DNA of 56,140 bases from a virus: positions 1 to 56,140 of the IMG/VR virus record IMGVR_UViG_3300045988_093457; one strand, given 5' to 3'. Every line of letters begins with the position of its first letter. Positions within the stretch are counted from its first letter, which is position 1. A program made the translations under genes and the position numbers. Below are positions 38,945-48,240 of the stretch, in pieces. The notes under the pieces were generated by a model, which saw nothing but the letters and a program-made list of their open reading frames with translations, ran no database searches and was not told the DNA's origin.

Positions 38945-39353
38945 TCATTGACGGAAATGGCGCTGAATTATTAGAATATCCAAATTTAAGCCTGCCTCTA
39001 ATAAATCTTATTTCTTTTGCCTTGTGGATAATAAAGTCGTGGAAATAAGATGTGTCAGTTCTTGCAGGAATAAGCATTACAACTTTGGTATTCCTCTTTT
39101 GTGATTCATCATAACATTTCTTCACCCAATTTTTTATAGCTCTACCATACGGCGGATTGCAAAAAAACTGTTTCGCCTTGCCAGTCCTGCTTAGTCCGTC
39201 TTGCTCTTTTGTATAGAACTTATCGCATTTATGATTACATTCATCTGCGCAAGGATCTAACGTGAAATTAAATTCTTTGTTTAATTTATCGTAAAGATCT
39301 TGCGGTGTAGACCATTGATCCGTCTTGCTTGAAAACATCACATCTATATTCAT
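38931..39353 (-). CDS. Orphan DNA N6-adenine methyltransferase (phage Dam-like)
   Basis: Start set at MNIDVMFSSKTDQWSTPQDLY. Has the catalytic NPPY motif, and no restriction partner was seen. Confidence 0.8.
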   Translation of the reverse strand: MNIDVMFSSKTDQWSTPQDLYDKLNKEFNFTLDPCADECNHKCDKFYTKEQDGLSRTGKAKQFFCNPPYGRAIKNWVKKCYDESQKRNTKVVMLIPARTDTSYFHDFIIHKAKEIRFIRGRLKFGYSNNSAPFPSMIVVF

Positions 39354-39354
39354 T

Positions 39355-39663
39355 TTATATCTCCTCCAATTTGTAATACTTAATTTTGTCGTATAATTCT
39401 GCCGCCTTGTGTTCGAGCTGGCAGCCTTTTGACATTTGCCAGCCTTCAAGGAACAGAACCGCATCACATTCAAGCAGTGCGGCTATGTCATTACCCATGT
39501 GTGTAGAGTATGGCGCATCAGTATCAGGCGATACTTCAAGCGGTGATACTGCTGTGTGTCCTTTCTTCTCTATCACTCCGGTTGCAAAAATGCAACTTGC
39601 TTCTACTTCTTCAATATCTCTGCCGGATATCGGTAGACTTATGTATATTTTCATTGGTTTCAT
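39355..39663 (-). CDS. DUF4406 / nucleoside 2-deoxyribosyltransferase-like protein
   Basis: MKIYISLPISGRD...DAVLFLEGWQMSKGCQLEH pattern. Confidence 0.55.
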   Translation of the reverse strand: MKPMKIYISLPISGRDIEEVEASCIFATGVIEKKGHTAVSPLEVSPDTDAPYSTHMGNDIAALLECDAVLFLEGWQMSKGCQLEHKAAELYDKIKYYKLEEI

Positions 39664-40073
39664 ATCTTAAATTCCATTTCTATTCCTGCTAAGGTTAGCA
39701 AGTTCTGTAACTCGTGGAGGTATTTTGTTTTATTAAAAGCGGAAACTTTTGAGCAAGTAGGTTTATTTGGTTCCCTATCTAAGCATTCAACACGTATGCT
39801 TGTAGTTATATCATCACCTAATCTTACAAAGATATTTCCCTCTTTATCTTTATAGTAATCAGATATGTTTATAAACCCATTTTTCAGCAATATCTCTTCT
39901 GTTAGTGGCACAGGAAACATATCCTCTTCTTCTTCCTCCCACATATCAGACTCATTACCCTCAAAATCAAGGTAAGCGACATCGTCAAACACTCCTACTA
40001 CTTGCATTGGGAACTGCGTCTTATCTCCTGCATATACCCAATTACCTAACATTAATTCGTTTGTTTTTATCAT
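39660..40073 (-). CDS. Hypothetical protein
   Basis: ORF translationally coupled to its neighbour. Confidence 0.5.
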   Translation of the reverse strand: MIKTNELMLGNWVYAGDKTQFPMQVVGVFDDVAYLDFEGNESDMWEEEEEDMFPVPLTEEILLKNGFINISDYYKDKEGNIFVRLGDDITTSIRVECLDREPNKPTCSKVSAFNKTKYLHELQNLLTLAGIEMEFKI

Positions 40074-40095
40074 AATGATTTAAACTTTATGTTCG

Positions 40096-40284
40096 TCATT
40101 TCTTATCATTCAACTTCTTCAATTCGATAACAATCTCATACAGGGCAGCAAGCACAAATAAAGAAAATGAATAAAGAGCGTACTTGAAATCACCTAAAAT
40201 TATCCAACTTAAAGCATTACCCAAAGACAAACCGTATAAAGTACAAATCAGTGTCGTACTCAACCATTTACAAAATTCATCCAT
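40096..40284 (-). CDS. Small 2-TM membrane protein
   Basis: Start set at MDEFCKWLSTTLICTLYGLSLG. Confidence 0.4.
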   Translation of the reverse strand: MDEFCKWLSTTLICTLYGLSLGNALSWIILGDFKYALYSFSLFVLAALYEIVIELKKLNDKK

Positions 40285-40285
40285 A

Positions 40286-40684
40286 TTATTCCCTCTTTTT
40301 AAGTTCCGCAATAAGAGCATCGGCAAAGTCCACAGCTTCTTTGGCGCAATGCCGGTCGCTTTTGTACTCAAAGCCCAAGTCCGAATCGTCAGCGCGCTCC
40401 GCCTGACCGTCGTCAAGGTATATTACCGGGAGCATGGCCTTTGCTATTTCATAGCGTCTCTGTTCCCAGTCGATATGTTTCTCATACTCTCTCTCAAATA
40501 TTTCAAGCTCTTCATAGTGATATTTATTTCCGTCCGTATCTCTGTATATTCCACGCGCATAATCAAGGAAACTTACTTTTTCATTTAATTCGATTATTTC
40601 ACCTGTAGCCTTGATACGTGCTTTCACTGTTTCTGTGCGATTATTTGTATTTTGTAAACTGTTTCTTGCTTCTTTTGGGCTCAT
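40286..40684 (-). CDS. Hypothetical protein
   Basis: ORF. Confidence 0.5.
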   Translation of the reverse strand: MSPKEARNSLQNTNNRTETVKARIKATGEIIELNEKVSFLDYARGIYRDTDGNKYHYEELEIFEREYEKHIDWEQRRYEIAKAMLPVIYLDDGQAERADDSDLGFEYKSDRHCAKEAVDFADALIAELKKRE

Positions 40685-42006
40685 ACTACTTGTCTTATCA
40701 GGTTAATATTTTTATTTACCAACTCAATGATTTCGTTGTGCATCGGTGTATTGCTGTTACATACGCCACGGCTCTGCACAACCTTAAAGTTTTTAAGGTT
40801 CAGTTCAATTGTTTCAATACGGTTCCCTGCTTTGTCCTTTGCTGATAGTATAAGGCTTTCTTTCTTCTTGTAATAGCCGCATGCATATACACAATGGTGC
40901 ATTTTCTCTCCTTCCTCGGCCATTTCCGCTACGGACTGTATGACAGTTATAACAATGTGTTCATTGCCGAAGCATATACCGAAGAAACGGCCTTTTTCCT
41001 GTGCGTAGGTCTTTTCCCATCCCTGAGCTTCTCTCATTCTGTCAATCTCTCTTTGTCTGGCCTCCTCACGATTCTTTCTCTTCAAAAGGCGATCGTGTTC
41101 AGCTTTCAAATTTACAGGACATACATAATGTGCGTTATGCGTGTCAAGGTGGAAATACTGCAAAAGATCAATATAATCAATCCATAAAGATGCGTCCTTC
41201 ACGATATAATGATTCCGGTTACAAATATTTACAGCATGTTTAATATTTTCCGGTATCCCTCGTGTTCCTTTAGTATAAAGAAGACCATACTGCTTTGTTT
41301 TTATAAGCATCTCAGCTTCATTGTCAGTCAGCAGCATGACAGCAAGACTGCTTACAGATATTCCTTTGCAACGGAATGTAAAACCGTTTCTCTTTAATTT
41401 TGGGATAAGTCTTCGTTTTGGATAGACAAATTCAGAATTTATATCGTATTTGTCAGGGATGTATGAATATCTTCCATTTCCTTTGTCCTTTATGCTCATG
41501 GGCTTGCAGAAGTCCCATGCGTCATACACCCAGGCCATAGGCTTGCATGGTCTAGCCATGACATATTCCTTCCCGTCTTCTGATATCCAGTTCTGTACCG
41601 CTTCGTTTATACTGAAGTATGGCCCATGCCCTTCAGATATGTTTCCAGACATCTTATACATCTGTCTTTCGATGATGAAGTGACGAAAGACCTGAAATCC
41701 CCTGCAGGTGGTTGCGATCGTAAAGTACCAACGATCATCAGATTTGCGTTTCCGGCTATTCACCAACTTTAAGTGTGCCCCACAGTAAGGACATACAGTT
41801 TCGTCTCCTACTATGTCTATTCCTAGCGGAGACGAGTTCTTTTCGTGTACTTTACCGCAATTCATACACCATACTTCGCCTTTGCTGTAGTAACCGATTT
41901 TCTCAAAACAGGTATCTTTAGCCCATTGTTTCTGTTTTTCAGTAATGGCCGGCAGCTTTGCACTTAGTTCGGCCACCAACCGTTCTGTTTTGTTACGTGG
42001 TTTCAT
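40681..42006 (-). CDS. PcfJ-like protein
   Basis: Zn-ribbon-like CxxC pairs and a C-terminal MHHCVYACGYY motif. Start set at MKPRNK, next to the PcfK stop. Confidence 0.6.
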   Translation of the reverse strand: MKPRNKTERLVAELSAKLPAITEKQKQWAKDTCFEKIGYYSKGEVWCMNCGKVHEKNSSPLGIDIVGDETVCPYCGAHLKLVNSRKRKSDDRWYFTIATTCRGFQVFRHFIIERQMYKMSGNISEGHGPYFSINEAVQNWISEDGKEYVMARPCKPMAWVYDAWDFCKPMSIKDKGNGRYSYIPDKYDINSEFVYPKRRLIPKLKRNGFTFRCKGISVSSLAVMLLTDNEAEMLIKTKQYGLLYTKGTRGIPENIKHAVNICNRNHYIVKDASLWIDYIDLLQYFHLDTHNAHYVCPVNLKAEHDRLLKRKNREEARQREIDRMREAQGWEKTYAQEKGRFFGICFGNEHIVITVIQSVAEMAEEGEKMHHCVYACGYYKKKESLILSAKDKAGNRIETIELNLKNFKVVQSRGVCNSNTPMHNEIIELVNKNINLIRQVV

Positions 42007-42010
42007 AATC

Positions 42011-42466
42011 TTAAAAGTCGAATAGTGATTGCTCGGCGTGTTTACTTCTTTCTCTCTCAGCCTTTCTGCGTTCAGCAAGCTTCTTTGCCTTTTCTTCATC
42101 GGCTTCGCGCATACGATAGATGCACTGTTGCTGGTATGCCTTGACAGCCTGCTCGTGGGCTTTTGCTTTGTCTTCTTCCGAAAGTTCCACTGCTGATGCT
42201 GAAGTGTTCACATGTGTTCCTTTGGGCAGCTTGTTTATCATTATGTCATCTTCGTCGTAGTAGTGGACTGCCAGCCCGAATACTTCAGCGTCAGTCATGT
42301 AAACAGCATTACCACGCTTATGTGCTTCTCCAATGACATAATCGAAGCATTCGTCTATATTTTTGTTAGCTTTCGCATAACTCTGTGCAAATTGTTCGTC
42401 ATTTTTTGCCCGTTCGTCCAGATAAGCCTTAATGGCATCTTTGACATGATTTTGTTCTTTGCTCAT
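42011..42466 (-). CDS. PcfK-like protein
   Basis: N-terminal pattern KDAIKAYLDERAKNDEQFA...DECFDYVIGEA...VFGLAVHYYDED. Confidence 0.55.
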   Translation of the reverse strand: MSKEQNHVKDAIKAYLDERAKNDEQFAQSYAKANKNIDECFDYVIGEAHKRGNAVYMTDAEVFGLAVHYYDEDDIMINKLPKGTHVNTSASAVELSEEDKAKAHEQAVKAYQQQCIYRMREADEEKAKKLAERRKAERERSKHAEQSLFDF

Positions 42467-42535
42467 ATTACGATATCAATAAATCCAACTATATTTGAGG
42501 AAATTTTCTCAAAATTTCCCCTAATTCCCGTTTTA

Positions 42536-42772
42536 TCAATATAACTGTTTAAATTCGTCTGGTAAAAATCCTTTATGCTTTCTAAACTTCAATGGCACTT
42601 TATTAATCGGTATCTGTTCCATACACAAATGGCGAGTTTCTGTCTTATATCCTTTACATGCTGTTTTTACAGCTTTCTTTTGTTGTTCTTTTGAATAGGG
42701 TAAATAGTTACTATCCCAATTTTTGAAATAGAATATTCTATCCATTATCTTTTTTGCTAATCTCTTTTTCAT
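42536..42772 (-). CDS. Hypothetical basic 78-aa protein
   Basis: ORF that ends the radical-SAM operon. Confidence 0.45.
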   Translation of the reverse strand: MKKRLAKKIMDRIFYFKNWDSNYLPYSKEQQKKAVKTACKGYKTETRHLCMEQIPINKVPLKFRKHKGFLPDEFKQLY

Positions 42773-42774
42773 AA

Positions 42775-43614
42775 TTAATCAATAAATTCTGTATTGGCAT
42801 TTACTTGTCTTTCATCGGTAACTTGTACGATAACGTCGTCCTTCGGTTTAATCCTGCATTCCTCTATCTCTCTTGTTTCTACAAGGGTAAATGATGCTTT
42901 GGAATTTTCACTTGTAATATACATGCCGTCCCATGTCCATAACCCACCATGAATGTCTTTAAACTCTCCTATGTTTGGTGTTAGAGTTTTAAGCTTTGCC
43001 TTTCTGCCTACATTAGTCATTGCAGCAAAACCTTTATGTTGTGGATTTAACTCTCGGACTTTATTATACAAGTCAATGTCAAGTTCTTTCAGCCAATTAA
43101 GGAACTTAGGCACTTCTTTCGCTTGATAGTCCTTTATTTCTGCATTTCCAAAATATGAGCGAGGAATAAAATTCAGTATTTTATCATTTATGAAATCAGC
43201 GGTAAACATTGAACGTTTAATAATAGGTTTACGCGTACTCATTAATCCGCCACCATCGTAGAAATCTATTTTGTCATTCATATTAAGATAAGCAATAGGT
43301 ATATACACGTAATCCATAAAATATTCAAGCTTCCTCGGTGCAGATAATTGTGTTCTATATACATCTTTATGCGCTGCCTCAAACTCTTTCATCCAAGAAC
43401 TGAATTTTCTTGCCATAACCGAATAGCCTATCACAGAACCACGGCTACCATAAGGGCATTTGTTATTATAAACCACACACTTATGCTTTGCATACAACTC
43501 GCATTTTTCTGGACATTCACAATAAATTATATATCCCACCGCTTTTTCAGTCTTTTTCTTTTTGAATAACGACCTTGTCGGATTGTATATCCATGCATCA
43601 ATTTCTTTTTTCAT
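42775..43614 (-). CDS. Hypothetical protein with an N-terminal Cys cluster
   Basis: CECPEKCELYAKHKCVVYNNKCPYG. Its start overlaps the upstream stop (ATGA). Confidence 0.55.
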   Translation of the reverse strand: MKKEIDAWIYNPTRSLFKKKKTEKAVGYIIYCECPEKCELYAKHKCVVYNNKCPYGSRGSVIGYSVMARKFSSWMKEFEAAHKDVYRTQLSAPRKLEYFMDYVYIPIAYLNMNDKIDFYDGGGLMSTRKPIIKRSMFTADFINDKILNFIPRSYFGNAEIKDYQAKEVPKFLNWLKELDIDLYNKVRELNPQHKGFAAMTNVGRKAKLKTLTPNIGEFKDIHGGLWTWDGMYITSENSKASFTLVETREIEECRIKPKDDVIVQVTDERQVNANTEFID

Positions 43615-44384
43615 TATTTGTTATCGTTGTTATGTTCTACATGATTTAATTCGTCCGCCTTATCTCGTGCGTATATCCACGTGTTGGTGTCCGCCATAAC
43701 GTTTAACACAGCTTTCAGCCCGGTTTCCACGGACTTATCCTTCGTAAGGTCTACATCGTCCGTCAGCTTATCCTCAACAAGTATGCGTGCTATATTACGC
43801 AAACAATACTCAAGTGCAGAACAGGACATAGACGAGAGGCATGAAGATACAGTCTGTCTTCCCTTTCCTTTCATAAGTATAGTGAAGTTCGTAAATTTTG
43901 ATGAACGTCTCTTAACGTATTCAACAGCTTCACTGGCAAGCGACTGCGCAACAAGGATGGCCGCGCAGACATTTATATCTGGAACGTCGTATCGTCCTAA
44001 AGCATTTGCCAAGGCGATGCGTAACTTCTCTGTATAAGGCTGCACTTTTTCGTAGGCTGCATTGCCAAAGTCTGCCACCCACGCCTTGTCGCAATCGTGA
44101 GCCAATAACTCACCGATTGCAAGGGTTAGCTTCCGTATCTCGCCCATACTCGCCTTCGTTCCTGCCATACGGTTAATGTACTTTCTTATCTGCCTATTCT
44201 CGTAGAACTTTGGCAAACGTTCCTGCATCATATCCATTGCGTCAGTGGCGTGTATTATTGTTATATAGGCCAACGCGGCAGAGCCGAATACAGAGCCTGT
44301 ATATTCGTCTCGTGAACGCTCCACCGAAGGCAGTGCGCCACGCATAAGATATGCGTTTGCTTCAATTGTGTCAATGGTTTTCAT
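43614..44384 (-). CDS. Hypothetical helical protein
   Basis: ORF coupled to its neighbours. Confidence 0.55.
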   Translation of the reverse strand: MKTIDTIEANAYLMRGALPSVERSRDEYTGSVFGSAALAYITIIHATDAMDMMQERLPKFYENRQIRKYINRMAGTKASMGEIRKLTLAIGELLAHDCDKAWVADFGNAAYEKVQPYTEKLRIALANALGRYDVPDINVCAAILVAQSLASEAVEYVKRRSSKFTNFTILMKGKGRQTVSSCLSSMSCSALEYCLRNIARILVEDKLTDDVDLTKDKSVETGLKAVLNVMADTNTWIYARDKADELNHVEHNNDNK

Positions 44385-44387
44385 ATT

Positions 44388-45308
44388 TTATTCAAAATAT
44401 TCTTTACATTTAAATCCTTTTCGCGGTTCATAGTCCGCAAATTCGCATTTGAAAAATAGTTCCTTACGATTTGCCCAATGTGCCAAATCTTTTTGCCATT
44501 GAGGTATAATAACATTTCTTTTGTACGGATCCCTGTAAGGCTGTGCAAAAGGAACGCACTTATGATCTTCTTTCCAACAATTTATTCGGTAGAAGCTCTC
44601 CTCAAAATCTATGATAATGCAATACAACAAAAATTCTCCGGTGTATCCGTAACTGCGGACAAGCTGTATAGCACGTAAGCAGTCATTAACCTGCTTTGCC
44701 GTATCGCATCCAAACCTTATGCGCTTTATCCACTTAACTTTTGCCAATAACTTGGCTATTTCTGGAGTAACTAATCGTGCATCCAAAGCCTGATTAAAGT
44801 CAACGTGATATTTACGTGATACAATCTTTTCTATCTGATTGATACCATAATCACATGCCAACGCGTTGTTATCCAGGAGTATTGCATAAGGTCTCTTGCC
44901 GTTTAATGTAACTTCGTCTATATCCATGTATGGCTTGATGTTACCTTCCTTATGAGGAACCACGCACCATTTACAATGATTAGGGCATCCGCGCGTCAGG
45001 AAACCGTATGATGTTCTTGCATCTATGCCTGGATATATTGAATAATCAGGCTGAAGCCTGTCTATTTCTTCAGGTAGCTTAGAATGTATATCATATCCAG
45101 TGCCGCCTTTCACAATGTCAGAAACGTTGCTGATGATATAATTATAATCAGGTGTAAAATTGAATACTTTTGCCATGTACAGCCGATCGTAACTATCAAA
45201 TGAATTATACCATTCAACAGCGTCTCCAGATTGCTTGTGATATGCGCTAATTTTCATAAGGGCCAGATTTGGATAATCGCTGTCAACGGCCAATAATGTT
45301 ATCCTCAT
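44388..45308 (-). CDS. Radical SAM enzyme
   Basis: FLTRGCPNHCKWCVVP contains CxxxCxxC. Confidence 0.75.
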   Translation of the reverse strand: MRITLLAVDSDYPNLALMKISAYHKQSGDAVEWYNSFDSYDRLYMAKVFNFTPDYNYIISNVSDIVKGGTGYDIHSKLPEEIDRLQPDYSIYPGIDARTSYGFLTRGCPNHCKWCVVPHKEGNIKPYMDIDEVTLNGKRPYAILLDNNALACDYGINQIEKIVSRKYHVDFNQALDARLVTPEIAKLLAKVKWIKRIRFGCDTAKQVNDCLRAIQLVRSYGYTGEFLLYCIIIDFEESFYRINCWKEDHKCVPFAQPYRDPYKRNVIIPQWQKDLAHWANRKELFFKCEFADYEPRKGFKCKEYFE

Positions 45309-45496
45309 GGTTTAAATCTCAATTTTATATAACCTCTCCGTTCTACTTCCCGAAGTTCCTCGAGCTGCAGTTCGTTCACCTCGATATCAGTCTCGCCATT
45401 TATACTCATTCCTTGACTGATATTGTACCGTTGCCTAATTCGGTGTATAATGCCGCTATCCTTTGTGTTCCAATATATCGTTACTTTCATCTTCAA
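45305..45496 (-). CDS. Hypothetical 63-aa protein
   Basis: ORF whose stop overlaps the radical-SAM start. Confidence 0.45.
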   Translation of the reverse strand: MKMKVTIYWNTKDSGIIHRIRQRYNISQGMSINGETDIEVNELQLEELREVERRGYIKLRFKP

Positions 45497-46106
45497 TAAA
45501 TCTTAATTTGTATTTCCCGGCATAGTATTGTTCGTTCATCCTGTGTGTATTCCTGTCGTACATAAGAGTGTATGCATCTGTGGTCTCAATGTAGCCGTGC
45601 CGTTTAATCAAGTTCCATTTAGCCTTATAAACTTTGTAACTCGTCTCGGCTAAACGCAGCTTTGTCTTTTGCGGCTTGCCTTCCCGCTTCCTGTAATACT
45701 CCATCTTGTAACGTACCGACCGCTTATGACCCAATTCCTTGAAATCTATCTTGTGGCGGTTGTTGGTTATATTGTCTTGAATTTTCTGCCTGATACGTTC
45801 CTGTGTTTCGGGCGTATGTTTTATGCCTAACTCGTTTGCTATCTTATCTGCACGATTTTTTTGTATGCCAAACTTCGCCTCAATCTCACTGCCTGTCATT
45901 GTCGGATAGTACTTTCTGACTAACTCAACGTGATAAGGATTGCGCCGGGTGCGCTCGTACTGCATAATGCCGCCCTGCTCGTGGACTATTCTGTACACTG
46001 CCGAGAGCGACACCCCTGCTGCTCTTGCAACGGCTGTCCTCGGCCTGTCGTTGATATGGGCGATGATGTAATTCCTCTGTTCTGTTGTAAGTTGTGCCAT
46101 AGTCAT
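45456..46106 (-). CDS. HTH DNA-binding protein
   Basis: RPRTAVARAAGVSLSAVYRIV helix-turn-helix. Confidence 0.55.
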   Translation of the reverse strand: MTMAQLTTEQRNYIIAHINDRPRTAVARAAGVSLSAVYRIVHEQGGIMQYERTRRNPYHVELVRKYYPTMTGSEIEAKFGIQKNRADKIANELGIKHTPETQERIRQKIQDNITNNRHKIDFKELGHKRSVRYKMEYYRKREGKPQKTKLRLAETSYKVYKAKWNLIKRHGYIETTDAYTLMYDRNTHRMNEQYYAGKYKLRFIEDESNDILEHKG

Positions 46107-46402
46107 TTCTTTTTCGCTAAATTATGCCACATCTCTTCACTTACAGATAGGCTGTCAGCCTTAGCCTGCGCTTCGACGTAGCGTTTACTTGCTGTGTCTC
46201 TCTCCGCTCTCGCCTGTCCGATGCACGCAAGGCATATTAATAACATTACAGCAAACTCAATCAACATAAACAGGTATGGTTTAGCGTGTACGATGCCGTC
46301 CACAGCGCTTAGGATGCGTTTTAAGACCATTACAGCCCCTTGCCTTATAAGTTTTAAGCCGTCTCTAATTTCGTGGCTCTCGTTAAAAATTATCTTACTC
46401 AT
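46103..46402 (-). CDS. Single-TM membrane protein
   Basis: Start set at MSKIIFNE. TM segment YLFMLIEFAVMLLICLACI. Confidence 0.45.
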   Translation of the reverse strand: MSKIIFNESHEIRDGLKLIRQGAVMVLKRILSAVDGIVHAKPYLFMLIEFAVMLLICLACIGQARAERDTASKRYVEAQAKADSLSVSEEMWHNLAKKK

Positions 46403-47024
46403 TGTTTTGTGATTTATTATCGTTTTTATGCAGCTCTCGCCATTGTTCGTAGGTGAGTGCTGTTTTTTTCCACTCTTTTTCCTTTTGCTCTTTCTCCATG
46501 ATGTCACGTTTTGCGATTATGGCATTCCTGTCTTTCACAAATTGTTTCAGCGCTGAAACAATAATCATTGGATCCACGCTGCCGTAGAACTTGCCATATT
46601 TCCCGGATTTAAACCACCAGAAGAATAACATTATCTCTGTTATCTTTAACCAGTGATATTCACCTGAAATGATATACGATAACTCTTCTAACTGATCTTC
46701 GCTAAGCTTTTCTTTACATCCGCAAAATTCGCTGACGTCTGTCAGCAGCGGAACTACACATGCCGCAGATGTATTTTTCCCGTAAGCAAGATTTATCTGG
46801 CTTAACGTAGGTGCGCTGCCAAAGATACAGCGCCATATATGTTTGCAGTACATTTTCTCATGGCTGCAAGTAAAAGTCAGCATAAACTGATCTTTGTTGC
46901 CGTAGGCGTTATAGATTGTCTCTTGCAAGTATCTTTGCGACAAGTCCAGCGGCTTCATTTCTTCTCGCTGCCTTTGTCGTAGGAGCGCCATTGCTTTGTC
47001 TGTTTCCATTGTCTTTCCTTTCAT
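46395..47024 (-). CDS. Hypothetical replication-associated protein
   Basis: ORF directly downstream of the organiser gene. The start is ambiguous. Confidence 0.5.
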   Translation of the reverse strand: MKGKTMETDKAMALLRQRQREEMKPLDLSQRYLQETIYNAYGNKDQFMLTFTCSHEKMYCKHIWRCIFGSAPTLSQINLAYGKNTSAACVVPLLTDVSEFCGCKEKLSEDQLEELSYIISGEYHWLKITEIMLFFWWFKSGKYGKFYGSVDPMIIVSALKQFVKDRNAIIAKRDIMEKEQKEKEWKKTALTYEQWRELHKNDNKSQNNE

Positions 47025-47832
47025 TTTCTAATCTCATGCGTATCATAAGCCAGTTGTTGAAATGTGCCATGCAGTCGCGCAATGTTTTGTTCTTGTCGTT
47101 AAAACCGCGACAGATGCAATCACTTTCAAAATCATCAAGATATTTTTTCAAACTCTCAATTGTCAAATGATAATTCATTGCCAACGTTTCAAGCCAGCCC
47201 TTCGACTTCTTCAGGCTCTTAATGTATTTTGGATAAACCGTCAGCTCAAAATCTTCTGTTCCGGTTCCAGTTTCCTCGCACGCGCACGCGTTGGTAGTCG
47301 TAGTAGTAATAATAATATTATTATCTTTATTATTATTTGGGTTAGAGGTGAGTTGCAAAATTTCGGGGTGAGTTATCAAGTGGGTTATGAGGTGAGTTAC
47401 CAAGGCCTGCAACTCACTATCAGTCAAGTTGTTAAGTGGGTTATTTGGTGTATTGTCAGGTGGGTTGCTTGCCATATTTTGGCTTTGCACTTTCTGATAA
47501 TTATATTTGTCATAATTTTTCAGAGTAATCACCGTTACGCCTTGGCTGTTGTCTGTAGTGATCATATCATCACGTTTCAACCTCCGAAGAAAAGATTTAA
47601 CCCATTGTTCAGATCTTCCCCATTTCTTTGCAAGGTATCTATTTGATGCAGGATATTGTCCTCTGTTCCATGTTACTTCGTAGCACCCGATGCGCGACGT
47701 TGTCGATGATGCCTCAAATCGTGCAGACTGTATCAAGTCTAACCATGCTTCGGCCTCACTAAAAGCCCGGGCGGCCTGCCATTTCTCGCTTGCGAAGAAA
47801 CGACGGCTCAGTGTTATATATCCGTCATCCAT
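46909..47832 (-). CDS. Replisome organiser / replication initiator-like protein
   Basis: N-terminal winged-helix-like ITLSRRFFASEKWQAARAFSEAEAWLDLI. The low-complexity linker is encoded by the iteron array. Confidence 0.6.
   Translation of the reverse strand: MDDGYITLSRRFFASEKWQAARAFSEAEAWLDLIQSARFEASSTTSRIGCYEVTWNRGQYPASNRYLAKKWGRSEQWVKSFLRRLKRDDMITTDNSQGVTVITLKNYDKYNYQKVQSQNMASNPPDNTPNNPLNNLTDSELQALVTHLITHLITHPEILQLTSNPNNNKDNNIIITTTTTNACACEETGTGTEDFELTVYPKYIKSLKKSKGWLETLAMNYHLTIESLKKYLDDFESDCICRGFNDKNKTLRDCMAHFNNWLMIRMRLENERKDNGNRQSNGAPTTKAARRNEAAGLVAKILARDNL
47281..47470. repeat. Putative replication origin: an iteron array plus an AT-rich tract inside the organiser gene
   Basis: GGTGAGTT at 47347, 47367 and 47391, with an inverted copy at 47411-47417. 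GTGGGTT at 47380, 47436 and 47460. AT-only tract at about 47306-47337. Confidence 0.55.
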
Positions 47833-47835
47833 ACC

Positions 47836-48240
47836 CTACTCTATTAAATACGCCTCTATCTCTTTCAGCATTTCTTCAGCAGAATGTATTACAACATACT
47901 TATATCCGTCCTGAATAATTTTCCGCTCCCATTCCTTCTGGTTCTGCTGTTGCCTGCCTTTAGGCGTCTTCACTTCTATAAGCAAAGCACCGTAATGCTT
48001 ATTTGATTTAAGAAATATCAAATCAGATACTCCTGCCAAAGCGCCTTCAGCTTTGAGCTTCCCTGCAACAATCTTATTTCGCTTTCCGCCATTAGGAACT
48101 GCAAAAAGATTATGTACCATTCCAGGATATTTATACCTGAACGCCCTTATGCATTCGCATTGTATCCTGTGTTCCTCGTCGTCAGGCTTCTTCCTGACTT
48201 TCTTGCTATTCGCAAGTTTCAGCATCTTTTCAAAGTTCAT
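47836..48240 (-). CDS. VRR-NUC domain nuclease
   Basis: GVSDLIFL...ALLIEVKTPKGR pattern. Confidence 0.7.
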   Translation of the reverse strand: MNFEKMLKLANSKKVRKKPDDEEHRIQCECIRAFRYKYPGMVHNLFAVPNGGKRNKIVAGKLKAEGALAGVSDLIFLKSNKHYGALLIEVKTPKGRQQQNQKEWERKIIQDGYKYVVIHSAEEMLKEIEAYLIE

